A DNA stretch of 64,000 nt from Candidatus Bathyarchaeia archaeon (lineage in GTDB: Archaea > Thermoproteota > Bathyarchaeia > Bathyarchaeales > Bathycorpusculaceae). The stretch covers positions 32,001-96,000 of the forward strand of contig JBEKKK010000003.1 in NCBI GenBank assembly GCA_050010755.1. Direction: 5' to 3'. The stretch's first letter is position 1. The number at the start of each line of letters is the position of its first letter. The notes under the pieces were generated by a model. The model had not been told where the DNA came from. It did no database searches and worked only from the letters and a program-made list of their open reading frames with translations. This document shows, piece by piece, positions 21,468-30,738 of the stretch. A program made the translations under genes and the position numbers.

Positions 21468-22040
21468 TTATCCCTCGGCAATCCCAGACAGAAACTTAAT
21501 AGCCTGTCCAATCACGAGCAGGGGCAGGTTCTCCCTGTTTTCCACGGTGACCACACGCACCTCAGCATCGTCCCTGTCTTTGATTCTTGTTAAGAAAGGG
21601 TCCGTTGCTTTCCAGTGGACGACTCCTATTAATAGTTTCGGGCTTTCAGCAGCCATGAGCGCGGCCTCCTTGAACTTCTTGGAATGAAGTTCCATAGGGC
21701 CGATTTCGTCTATCACGATCACGTCGGACTCTTTGACGGCACTTGTTATCGCTTTGGCTCCGATGTTTTCCAGATCGTTGATGTTCACGCGATACCTCCC
21801 AACCTGCGGGCCCTCATTCTGAGAAACGTGCGCAAGCCAGCCCTTTTCTCCTGTGTTGACGTTCAGAATTTCGAACCCAAAACGATCGCGTCCGGCCCGA
21901 GCCTCTCGGCTCACCATGCCTCCCACGTTGTAGCCTTCAGCCTTTAAAGATTCGACTATTCTCGATAGGGCAGACGTCTTTCCAACGCCTGGACTGCCAG
22001 TTAACAGGAATATCCTCTTCCTCAAACGCCCGCTCTCCAA
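21468..22040 (-). CDS. NTPase (THEP1/COG1618)
   Basis: TGSPGVGKT, VGRYRVN, IVIDEIGPME. Confidence 0.92.
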   Translation of the reverse strand: MESGRLRKRIFLLTGSPGVGKTSALSRIVESLKAEGYNVGGMVSREARAGRDRFGFEILNVNTGEKGWLAHVSQNEGPQVGRYRVNINDLENIGAKAITSAVKESDVIVIDEIGPMELHSKKFKEAALMAAESPKLLIGVVHWKATDPFLTRIKDRDDAEVRVVTVENRENLPLLVIGQAIKFLSGIAEG

Positions 22041-22048
22041 CCAGAATG

Positions 22049-22678
22049 CTAACCCTTTTCGAGTCCTTGTGTTATTCTATACCAATAGACATCATCAAAT
22101 TGCACGGGCAACCGAAGCTTTTCGTCGTGTTTCTCCCTGATGAATATACGAACAACTTCTTGAAGCTCCAAGTATTTCTTTTCACTGTCCACATCCTTCA
22201 CCGCTTTCGGCCAATCGTCGAAGTACTCCGGGTGTTTTCCCTTCAGCTTTTTCTTAAGCATTGCCATCATACGAGTATCGACACCTGCATGCAGCCACTC
22301 TACAATTTTCGCACTTCTTGGATAGTCAGGCAGTTGACAGTAATACACAACCACTTTCAAAGCAACGTTGAAGGTTTTTGCAATTTGGCCGTAAGTTGCT
22401 GGTCCTCCCTTTATGATTCGCCCATTCCTTAATCTTTTTTGAGCTAGTACTATATTTCCAGATCCCCACTTACAAAATTCTTTATGAATTTCGTCGAATT
22501 CTTCTTTGGATTGGGCTTTGAAGATTCTTGGTCCATAATCTTCAACTATCTTCTTTCACAGCTTGGTCTCTGAGCCTTCTTTGAAGAGTCTCATCATAGA
22601 AGAAAAGTCCAATCCCATTTCAATTATGTTCCATAACCGCACATCTTCAGGGTTACAGACTGTCGATTCCTCACTCAT
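22049..22678 (-). pseudogene. hypothetical 209-codon gene with one in-frame TGA at codon 41
   Basis: GAGGTAGGG then ATG 22678 MSEESTVCNPED...KL*KKIVED...TYGQIAKTFNVALK...LHAGVD, continuous into the 22049..22360 ORF; TGA at 22556-22558. Confidence 0.7.
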
Positions 22679-22713
22679 GCAAATCCCTACCTCTCAGATG
22701 CTCACCGCGCGCG

Positions 22714-23634
22714 CTATTTGTTTGGAGCGACTCTTTTCTCGGCTTTTTTAACTCCAAAGGCCTGTGCCTGCACGGAAACTTCACCTTCAATTTTGCGAAG
22801 GTCGTCATATCTCTTCTTGATTTTTTCATGAGCATTTTTGGATTCTTCATGAAGCTTTTTCTTCAAGTTTGGAAATGCGTAAAAATGAGTTTCTGCGTTT
22901 AGTGCCAAGCTTTTGCAAATATCCGCTTCTAAGAGTTTGGTTGCGGTTTCTCCTTGCGACCCTATCCACTCGAAAACCTCTTTCACATCATTTTCTGTAG
23001 GTTCTTTCTTTTGAAAGGTTTCCTTGAACATAGCATTGAACGTCAATGTAATGAAATGCTCTTCTTTTTCTGGTTTACTCTCTTCTTTTGTTTCTTTCGG
23101 CAACTTCCCAATTTCCTCTTTTTTCTCTAAATGCTGCAAGTATTGTTGAGCTGGAAAATTAAAAAAGAACGGGTTTTTCGGGTCATTAGGGATTTTGGTT
23201 GCGTGCACTATTTGGCTTTCCACCGAATTAGCTATTACTCTGACAACTGTTGACCCGAGATCTCCTTTAGTTATCCGATACGTAACGTTAGACTCAGAGT
23301 ATTCTTTGGCTATATTCAAGACGCATTTCATGCTCGCCACAACTCGTCTTGCGTCATTAAGGTTTTTTTGTATCAATATTGTTCTTCTATTGTACAACAA
23401 GTCCGTCAGGGCATCCTGCCCTTCTGTACATTCGACATTGTGATCAGTCCAATAGCCGCCCTCAACTATTTGGACTCTTGTCCAATCTGACGTTGTAATA
23501 ATAACATACGCAATTGGGAATTGAACAATGTCTGAACTCATACCCTTTCCCTCCAAGTATTTTCTACTAATGCTGATAAGTTCTTTTCTGCTATAGCTTT
23601 TGCGCACGCTAACCTTAACGCGCGCACTCTTCAT
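22714..23634 (-). CDS. hypothetical protein (306 aa)
   Basis: Long AT-rich ORF; no motif recognised. Confidence 0.6.
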   Translation of the reverse strand: MKSARVKVSVRKSYSRKELISISRKYLEGKGMSSDIVQFPIAYVIITTSDWTRVQIVEGGYWTDHNVECTEGQDALTDLLYNRRTILIQKNLNDARRVVASMKCVLNIAKEYSESNVTYRITKGDLGSTVVRVIANSVESQIVHATKIPNDPKNPFFFNFPAQQYLQHLEKKEEIGKLPKETKEESKPEKEEHFITLTFNAMFKETFQKKEPTENDVKEVFEWIGSQGETATKLLEADICKSLALNAETHFYAFPNLKKKLHEESKNAHEKIKKRYDDLRKIEGEVSVQAQAFGVKKAEKRVAPNK

Positions 23635-23868
23635 TCTTTGCTACATAGGCTTGATTTTCGTAAAAGTTGCCAATTGATCACTGCCTAGCGCTCGCTGGAG
23701 GCTCAGAGTGATTCGAATGATTTTTCAACTAGCCGGGTTCGGTTTCGCTTTAGACGCTTTGATATTTGAGCTTACTGGCCTAGCGCCCGACCAGTTCTAC
23801 ATAACCTTAATGACCACAGCAATCTTACTTCTAACACTTGCTGTTGTAAAAAGCGGCGGTAAAGAAAG

Positions 23869-24393
23869 TTGAATCAAAAAGATAAGAAAAAGTTCCGAGA
23901 TTCCGCTTCTTTCGGAAAAAGACAGGAATTCATAGTCATCTCTAAACTTCTGAGGAAGGGTTATGACGTGTATCAGACTCTTGTCGATGACCAGCAGATT
24001 GACTGTATAATCCGCAAGGGCAAACAGAGCCCACTCTACGCAGACATACAAATCAAAGCAAGGTCAAAGGACTGCTCACCCAAAGATGCGGCAAGATTCG
24101 CTGGCTTAGTTATAGAGAACCCAAGACCTAATTACTTCTTCATCTTCTACTCTCAACAGCTCAAGAAGACTTGGATAATTCCGTCCATGGACATTACCAA
24201 TAGAGAGGCAGGCAGAATAGGCTCCAAGAACGAGAAGGGAATTAACGCAGGAAAATACAGCATAAACATGGCTGGCTACGGCCGGACAGACGATAAGGCG
24301 AGAGCGGACGGACCAACCACAAAGAGATTCCAGAAATATGAAGAAAAGAACGGTTACGATCTTCTAGATAAAATGTTGAGTTCAGCGAAGTAA
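23869..24393 (+). CDS. PD-(D/E)xK restriction-endonuclease-fold protein
   Basis: GKRQEFIV...DDQQIDCII...DIQIKARS catalytic pattern. Confidence 0.75.
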   Translation: MNQKDKKKFRDSASFGKRQEFIVISKLLRKGYDVYQTLVDDQQIDCIIRKGKQSPLYADIQIKARSKDCSPKDAARFAGLVIENPRPNYFFIFYSQQLKKTWIIPSMDITNREAGRIGSKNEKGINAGKYSINMAGYGRTDDKARADGPTTKRFQKYEEKNGYDLLDKMLSSAK

Positions 24394-24445
24394 AATATCC
24401 GGCACGCGCTAGACTGTTGGTTCATCGTTCTGCAGCTTTGAAAAC

Positions 24446-24950
24446 ATGAGCGAGCTGGTTCGCTTCGGAATATACTATCTTGATGAGAAATACTTTCCTA
24501 AGACTTTCTTGTTTGCAAATTTCCAGTGTCTAAGATGTGGGTTGTGTTGTAAGAATTATGAAGACATTGAGATTACCAGTAGAGAGCAAGTTCAGAAATG
24601 GAAAGAAGAAGGGAAGACAGAAGTATTGAATCATTTAGACGTTATGATCGATGAACCTAGCTTTTTTCACGCTGAGATATATTCAACAACATGGACGGGT
24701 TGTCCCATGTGTCGAAAGGTCAGAGGCAAACCGTATTTCATTTGCCGAATCCAATCTGCGAAAGCCCATATTCCAGTTTGCAAGGCCTATTTATGTAGCA
24801 AGTCTGTTCCAGTTGCTCACATCGACTTTAAGGATATAGGATTTGATTCAGATGGTCGGCATGGACGAATACTATGCCTTGGTTGAGAAAGACTGGGGCG
24901 AGGAATTTGACTACTCAAAATGTGAATTGAGAACCCATCGCAAAAAATAA
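24446..24950 (+). pseudogene. YkgJ/CxxCxxCC cysteine-cluster protein, frameshifted near 24840
   Basis: FQCLRCGLCC...GCPMC...CRI...PVCKAY; protein-like tail DLIQMVGMDEYYALVEKDWGEEFDYSKCELRTHRKK continues in another frame to TAA 24950. Confidence 0.6.
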
Positions 24951-25009
24951 GTCATTTCCGTGAGTGAAAAAGTTGAAGGTTTCAGCGACTATAGGAAAGA
25001 GCGATAAGA

Positions 25010-25483
25010 ATGAGCGCGCAACCATTAATGCAAGTGACATACTATTATTTGGTGAGAAAGTATACAACAAAGAGATCTGGAGAGGCGTTGGTCTTGGAAG
25101 TAGAAAACGTGTTCAAAATAGCGATGACCTATTCCAGAGTTCGCGAGTTCCTGACAAGCAAGAGTTGGGAATTCCAAGGAAAGGATGAGGAAATGGAGAT
25201 GGACTCGTTCAGAAACAAGAAGACCGGGAAGAAGCTGTTCGTCGAGGACATTTCGGAGGACTTTCCAGTGACCTTTCTTATGGGCGAGCTTAGCGTGCCG
25301 GAGTTCAGTAACATTGCTAATGAATTGACGCCAGAAATCCAGTTACTGGAAGTTGACAGTAGTTGGGAAGGTAAACCGACGACCATCGTGGTCGCGATGA
25401 CAGAAGAGCAAGTTAGGAACATGTTCGGCAGAAGAACGAAGATGAGAAAGCTTGCGGTTCACCGCACAGCGTCACAGATTTGA
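25010..25483 (+). CDS. hypothetical protein (157 aa)
   Basis: ORF with protein-like composition; no motif recognised. Confidence 0.55.
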   Translation: MSAQPLMQVTYYYLVRKYTTKRSGEALVLEVENVFKIAMTYSRVREFLTSKSWEFQGKDEEMEMDSFRNKKTGKKLFVEDISEDFPVTFLMGELSVPEFSNIANELTPEIQLLEVDSSWEGKPTTIVVAMTEEQVRNMFGRRTKMRKLAVHRTASQI

Positions 25484-25491
25484 AGCGCGCG

Positions 25492-25845
25492 CTATTTTTT
25501 CATTGTTAATTTGAACGGCTCGTTGTCCACGAAAAACCAGATTGTTCCATCTTGATGCTTGACTGCGCCGCACTTGAGACAGTGCATGTATTCCTTGTGC
25601 AACCATTTGTGAACGGGTTTCCAATCGTGACAGCAAGAAGCAACATCCCTTTCAGCAAGAACTATCTTTTCATAACTGTCTTCGTCAGGTTCTGAGAATT
25701 TTTCTCTATCTTTGGCCTGTTGCATGGCCAAGCTGTTTATCCTATAGCCCAGGGGTGGTACACCAGGCCCCAAAAACTGGTTCTTGTAGAACCCAGTTTT
25801 CGGATCCCACATTTCCATCTGATTCATTCTCATTGCAGTCCCCAT
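25492..25845 (-). CDS. hypothetical protein with Cys/His zinc-ribbon-like motif
   Basis: CCHDW...HCLKCG. Confidence 0.55.
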   Translation of the reverse strand: MGTAMRMNQMEMWDPKTGFYKNQFLGPGVPPLGYRINSLAMQQAKDREKFSEPDEDSYEKIVLAERDVASCCHDWKPVHKWLHKEYMHCLKCGAVKHQDGTIWFFVDNEPFKLTMKK

Positions 25846-25940
25846 CTGCGTTTAAAATCCCACACGTATAAGGATACCGACCGCATGCGCGCACGAAGAG
25901 CCAGAAAAGAAAGAATAGAGTGCGTGGACCAGGCAATTCG

Positions 25941-25989
25941 CATGGACTTTTCAGAGGCCCCTCTAAACGAACCACAAGAAATAGGCTTA
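25941..25989 (+). repeat. imperfect ~50-bp direct repeat, copy 1 (possible IS/MITE end remnant)
   Basis: catggacttttcagaggcccctctaaacgaaccacaagaaataggctta aligns with 27385..27432. Confidence 0.65.
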
Positions 25990-26003
25990 GTAGCGCGCGC
26001 TAG
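25990..26003. repeat. CTAGCGCGCGCTAG-type palindrome (best copy of a dispersed intergenic motif)
   Basis: GTAGCGCGCGCTAG here; related copies at 8212, 22706, 23685, 24399, 25484, 27350, 50747, 59785. Confidence 0.65.
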
Positions 26004-26129
26004 GAGAATGAGAAAAGCGATTGCAGGAATGCTCGCAACATTTATTTTTACAAGCATCTTTCTGTTGTATACGCCTAGGGTCAGAGCTCAAACTTCGGAA
26101 GAGGTCGTGCGCGCGCTTTTCGAGGATTC

Positions 26130-27182
26130 TCAGCCGCCCCGTATACGTGGATCAACGCAGGCAGCAACTATGTCAGCTATCAAGTTTGTTAGAACAAGGA
26201 TGAAGGCCGAAAGGATTGTGAACCCAATAATGAAGGGAATGTCCAAGTTCTCTGTAGCACGCGCAACCTGTTCCCCCAAGCCTCCGAAGCCGAAAACGGT
26301 CTCCGCGATAATGAGTCCAGTCAGAAGCCCCGCCACTAACATCCCGGAGAGATTTGCAACAGGGATGAGCGCGTTTCTTCGTGCATGTTTGTAGATGACA
26401 ACTTGTTCGCTGAGACCTTTGGCCCTTGCCATCATTATGTAGGGTTTGCTCATCGTTTCAAGCATGGAAGACCGCATAGCTCTTGTCAGCAGCGCAACAC
26501 CGATGATAACAACCGTGACCACTGGCAGAACACAATGCCAAAGCGCGTCAAGTGTCAGGTACGGTTGACCGTTTAATACTCCGTCAAACAGGTCTACCCC
26601 CGTATAATGCACGTAATGGTTCTTGGGCATCATCGTGAAGACAAACCAAGCGTGCGTCAACGAACCCGAATAGGGGAACCAGTGTAGAATGCCCGAGAAC
26701 GCTGCTAGAAGCAACATTCCAACGAAGAATGAGGGAAGCGACCATGCGACGATTGATAGGAGTCTCGACGCTTGGTCAATCGGTCCGTTCTTGTGAATCG
26801 CCGCTTGAACTCCCAGATATATCCCTATGAAGATAATCAGAGGAGCGGCGAAAAGCACTAATTCGAACGTGAAAGGCCACTTGGTCGCAATCACTTGCGC
26901 AACGGGCTCATTGGCGCTGACGGACCAGCCGAGATTTCCTTGGAACACCTGAAACAACCAATGTATGTACTGAATGTAAACAGGATCGCTAAGCCCATAT
27001 TTCGCAATCGCCGATTGAATGAGGTTGAATGCGTGAGTTTCGCCGTGTATGTAGAAAAGAGCTCTCTGCTCCAGAGGAAAAAGCATGATGATCGCAAAAA
27101 CCACAAGGGAAACGCCGAACAACACAAAAACAAGCAATAGGAGCCTTCTCACGACATATGCTACGAGGCTTGTCATCTTCAC
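26130..27182 (-). CDS. peptide/nickel ABC transporter permease (OppB/DppB), stand-alone
   Basis: YVVRRLL, KYGLSDPVYIQY, GNLGWS, ARAKGLSE...KHARRNAL, AETVF. Confidence 0.92.
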   Translation of the reverse strand: MKMTSLVAYVVRRLLLLVFVLFGVSLVVFAIIMLFPLEQRALFYIHGETHAFNLIQSAIAKYGLSDPVYIQYIHWLFQVFQGNLGWSVSANEPVAQVIATKWPFTFELVLFAAPLIIFIGIYLGVQAAIHKNGPIDQASRLLSIVAWSLPSFFVGMLLLAAFSGILHWFPYSGSLTHAWFVFTMMPKNHYVHYTGVDLFDGVLNGQPYLTLDALWHCVLPVVTVVIIGVALLTRAMRSSMLETMSKPYIMMARAKGLSEQVVIYKHARRNALIPVANLSGMLVAGLLTGLIIAETVFGFGGLGEQVARATENLDIPFIIGFTILSAFILVLTNLIADIVAACVDPRIRGG

Positions 27183-27384
27183 ACCTCACGACATATATAG
27201 CGCGGGCGCGCGTTTTTTCCAGCAAGAACCATTTTCATGCTACCTACAGAATCAATATGTCATCCACGACTTAATGCCACGCATCAGAACAACCTGTTCT
27301 AAAACTAGTACAGCGCTCTTTACGGCTGATGTCTACCTGGCCTGTTCTCGTAACGCGCGCTAGAGAACTAGAACACAAGCTAGG

Positions 27385-27432
27385 CATAGACTTTTCAGAG
27401 GGTCCCTGAACGAACCACAAAGAATAGGTTTA
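27385..27432 (+). repeat. imperfect ~50-bp direct repeat, copy 2
   Basis: catagacttttcagagggtccctgaacgaaccacaaagaataggttta. Confidence 0.65.
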
Positions 27433-27562
27433 TGAACTTCAGGGTTTCTGACTGTAGAGAAAAGGAAGATTAAGAAAGATGTCTATTATTTTGCAAGCCT
27501 ATAGGTTAAGGTTATTCGCCTAAAAGAGCTTTTCATACCTTTGATAAGGAAACAACCGGATC

Positions 27563-28807
27563 ATGCACAACGAGGATTTACCATCGGATTATCCAACAGA
27601 AACAATCGAAGAAGGCAACGTGAAAGCCCTCGTCCCGAAGCTTGAAGCGTTTGTGAAGCTGCCCTCCGACTACGCGCCTTCAAAAGCGCCCGTTTTCTAT
27701 AACCCAGTTATGGAACTGAACCGTGACGTAGCGGTCTTAGCTCTGCAGGCCTATCAACGAACGGTCTGCCATGAAATCGCAGTGTGTGAACCCCTAACCG
27801 GCTGCGGGCTCAGAGGAATTCGTTTTGCAGCCGAGGTGAAGGGCGTCAAGAAGGTGGTGATGAACGACATCAGCGAAAAAGCGTTTCATCTCGCCAGCTT
27901 CAACGTGCAGTCAAATAGGCTGGCAAGAAGGGCAACCGTGAAAAATGAGGAAGCAAACCTTCTCCTGAGCCGCTACAGCGCGCCTCACAGACGGTTCGAC
28001 GCCATCGACATTGATCCCTTCGGCTCCCCAGTTCGTTTCCTAGATTCTGCCGTCCGAGCCTTGCGTGACGGAGGCTTCATCGCCCTGACCGCAACAGACA
28101 TGGCTCCTCTATGCGGAGTTCACCCGAGGGCTTGCATAAGAAAATACGGTGGAAGACCCCTGAGAACAGAATACTGCCACGAACTGGCCGTGAGACTCTT
28201 GGCCGGCTGCTTGGCCACGACAGCGGCAAAACAGGACATCGGCGTAAACGTGGTCTTCAGCCACCGAGCAGAACATTACGTCCGAACCTACGCGACAATA
28301 AAATACGGCGCCAAAAACGCTGACGAAAGCATCAAAAACATGGGATACCTGCTACACTGCTTCAACTGTTTCCACAGAGAAAAAGAGAGCACGTTCAAGG
28401 TTCAACGTCCCGACAAATGTAGCGAATGCGGCTCAAAACTCAACATTGCGGGACCACTATGGCTCGGCAGACTATATGATTCGCAATTCATTGAACTCAT
28501 GGAAAAAGAAGCCAACAACCGCAAACTCGGGTCTCAAAGAAAAGTACGGGAAATGCTCAGCATCAGCAAAACCGAAGTCGAAGCCCCAATCACCTATTAC
28601 GTGGTAGACAGGCTTTGCGATTCCTTGAACCTTCCCGTCCCATCAGTCAAAAAAGTGATTGAAGCGCTAAACAAAAAAGGCTTTCAAGCCTATCCAACAC
28701 ACTTCAACACGCGTGGAATAAGGACAGATGCGCCAGCTTCCACATTAAGAGAAACCCTGCCCTCGTTGGTGAGACAAAACATCGACAAGAATCGAGCTCG
28801 ACCATAG
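27563..28807 (+). CDS. trm1: tRNA (guanine26-N2)-dimethyltransferase
   Basis: VFYNPVMELNRD, GCGLRGIR, DIDPFGSP, TATDMAPLCG, GPLWLG, THF...GIRTDAP. Confidence 0.95.
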   Translation: MHNEDLPSDYPTETIEEGNVKALVPKLEAFVKLPSDYAPSKAPVFYNPVMELNRDVAVLALQAYQRTVCHEIAVCEPLTGCGLRGIRFAAEVKGVKKVVMNDISEKAFHLASFNVQSNRLARRATVKNEEANLLLSRYSAPHRRFDAIDIDPFGSPVRFLDSAVRALRDGGFIALTATDMAPLCGVHPRACIRKYGGRPLRTEYCHELAVRLLAGCLATTAAKQDIGVNVVFSHRAEHYVRTYATIKYGAKNADESIKNMGYLLHCFNCFHREKESTFKVQRPDKCSECGSKLNIAGPLWLGRLYDSQFIELMEKEANNRKLGSQRKVREMLSISKTEVEAPITYYVVDRLCDSLNLPVPSVKKVIEALNKKGFQAYPTHFNTRGIRTDAPASTLRETLPSLVRQNIDKNRARP

Positions 28808-28892
28808 GTGCAGCGCCCGTCGGGGGTTCAGCCTCTTCCGGTTTCCGTGGCGAAATTATGCTTGAATAAGATGGGAACTCAAGTTTATCAGA

Positions 28893-29726
28893 TTGGAATT
28901 CTTTATACCTGTAAACATGAGTGTATCAGGAGAAATGAAAGTTTCCGAAATATGGAATGCATCTGACATCGACTTTGTCTTCCCGAATGGCTTCTCATTC
29001 TTTGAACCTTATCTTCAATATTTCGTCAAGGAAGTTCTTGAGATAGGCGGTGAGGCTTATGTATCCAGAACTTCCGCTGGAGCTGTTTCAGGCTTATTCA
29101 CGTACGACGACTCTGAGAAGGTCGGAACAGTCTACACAAGGTCAAGGGAAGTATTTGACTATTTTTACGAATCAAAGCCGTTTAATTTCCTCTTCGCAGA
29201 GATCGGAACTGAGCTCGAAAGTGAAACCTATGATATCTACAACGTATATCTTGAGAATCTCGCCGTCGTTCACAGGTTCAGCTTCGAAATTTCCGTAGCG
29301 GAGGAGGAGCACATAGATGAGATAGAACGATTCATGGTCTTGACGCATCCTGGAATAAACAGGAGATGGGTGAAGGTTGCGCTTAAGAACGGAGACAGGT
29401 GCCTCCTCGTCAGATTGGGCAACGACATTGCCGGGCTGGGATGGCTTTCACTTGTGAATGGTATCGGAAGATTGCACTCGCTTTATGTGAAACCTCAATT
29501 CAGGAATATAGGCATAGGCGAAGACATCTTGTTCGCACGACTTTTCTGGCTCAAAGCAAAGCATGCCCGTTCAGCATTTTCTGAGATTTCTCGTTACAAC
29601 TTTCCATGCTCAACAATTGCAACCAAAAGTCAGATGAGCGTATCTGGACAGGTTTATCAATATTTTAAGAAGGCATCTAGACAGAAACAAGGAAATGAAA
29701 AGTTAGCAGACGAATCTATGTTCTAG
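28893..29726 (+). CDS. GNAT-family acetyltransferase (C-terminal GNAT domain)
   Basis: RLHSLYVKPQFRNIGIG acetyl-CoA motif A; uncharacterised N-terminal half. Confidence 0.8.
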   Translation: MEFFIPVNMSVSGEMKVSEIWNASDIDFVFPNGFSFFEPYLQYFVKEVLEIGGEAYVSRTSAGAVSGLFTYDDSEKVGTVYTRSREVFDYFYESKPFNFLFAEIGTELESETYDIYNVYLENLAVVHRFSFEISVAEEEHIDEIERFMVLTHPGINRRWVKVALKNGDRCLLVRLGNDIAGLGWLSLVNGIGRLHSLYVKPQFRNIGIGEDILFARLFWLKAKHARSAFSEISRYNFPCSTIATKSQMSVSGQVYQYFKKASRQKQGNEKLADESMF

Positions 29727-30738
29727 GAGCTCCGCAGAAAGGACAGACTGCAGCAGTTGAGTCTATCAGTGCTCCGCAGTAACGGCACTTCACCTTCACG
29801 ACCTCCTTAATCACGATCTGCTGTACCGGCGGCTGCTTTGGATTCAAGTTGATATCCTCCGGCGGGGGACCTGGCGTGGGGTGATACTGCTGTTGGGAAG
29901 GATGTTCCGGAAGCTTTCTACTTCTTCTTAAAATTGCATAAATGATGATCGCAACGATCACGATGACTAGGACTATTGCGGCAATGTAACCAATGTATTG
30001 CGTTGGGAATGAAATCCCTCCAGGATTGCTAGTTGCCACCGTTGTCAGGGGATAGCTGGTTGAACTCACGTACAGGTTGTCGGTCAAGGTGAAACCGTCT
30101 CCCGAAGAATTGGTATCTTGTTCAACATAATAATATCCTATGATGTACCCTGTCGAGGTATCAAAGTAGGCATTCCAAGTATATGTTGCAGTGAATTGCC
30201 CGTATTCATCGTCTCGTTGATAGCTCGAGGCTCCCTGAGCAAAGATCGCACTCACTGTCCTATTCTGCGAAGCAAGGTAATAACTGTAATTGCTGGACGC
30301 GACTGTCATCTCAGTGTTCAGAAGTAAAAAGGTGCCACCCACCGGGATCGAGTCATTCATGTAGAACCAGACAGCCGGGTTAACATATCCCGTCTGGTCG
30401 TCAGTTCCGTTAACATAAAGGAAGGTACCTGATGAGAAAGTGAAATCTCCAGAAGAGCTATTAGTTTCCGTCGAGCCTGCGCTGTTGCTCCAGGTCCATG
30501 AGTAACTGTAGTTAGCAGATACGTTTCCATCTGCACTAACTCCATTCACCGTTTCCATTCCGTTAGTAATCGTCTGTTCGGCGTATCCAGTGTAAGAGCC
30601 GGTGCCGTTTCCAAGGCTCACAACCTCGTAATAGGCGAAATGGTCTCCCACCTGAGGAACATACCCTGCGACTGCGTACGCCGGCATGAGTGCTAGTGAG
30701 AGTGCTAGTACGACAACGAGAAACGATTTTGAGATCAG
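29716..30738 (-). CDS. signal peptide + extracellular beta-rich domain + TM + Pro-rich linker + C-terminal zinc ribbon
   Basis: In-frame CTG 30738 gives LISKSFLVVVLALSLALMPAYA; S/T/Y/N-rich ectodomain; TM YIAAIVLVIVIVAIIIYAIL-RR; KVKCRYCG...CPFCGAP. Confidence 0.8.
   Translation of the reverse strand: MISKSFLVVVLALSLALMPAYAVAGYVPQVGDHFAYYEVVSLGNGTGSYTGYAEQTITNGMETVNGVSADGNVSANYSYSWTWSNSAGSTETNSSSGDFTFSSGTFLYVNGTDDQTGYVNPAVWFYMNDSIPVGGTFLLLNTEMTVASSNYSYYLASQNRTVSAIFAQGASSYQRDDEYGQFTATYTWNAYFDTSTGYIIGYYYVEQDTNSSGDGFTLTDNLYVSSTSYPLTTVATSNPGGISFPTQYIGYIAAIVLVIVIVAIIIYAILRRSRKLPEHPSQQQYHPTPGPPPEDINLNPKQPPVQQIVIKEVVKVKCRYCGALIDSTAAVCPFCGAPRT

Noticed and set aside
22556-22558. Selenocysteine or genetic-code reassignment of TGA
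   Set aside because: TGA ends many normal genes in this window; non-Cys context; no SECIS seen.
25720-26394. 224-aa plus-strand ORF with an apparent TM segment
   Set aside because: It overlaps oppB and the 25492..25845 ORF antisense and crosses the repeat. The MRKAIAGMLATFIF...VRAQ stretch (about 26008-26090) might be a signal-peptide remnant but cannot be supported as a gene.
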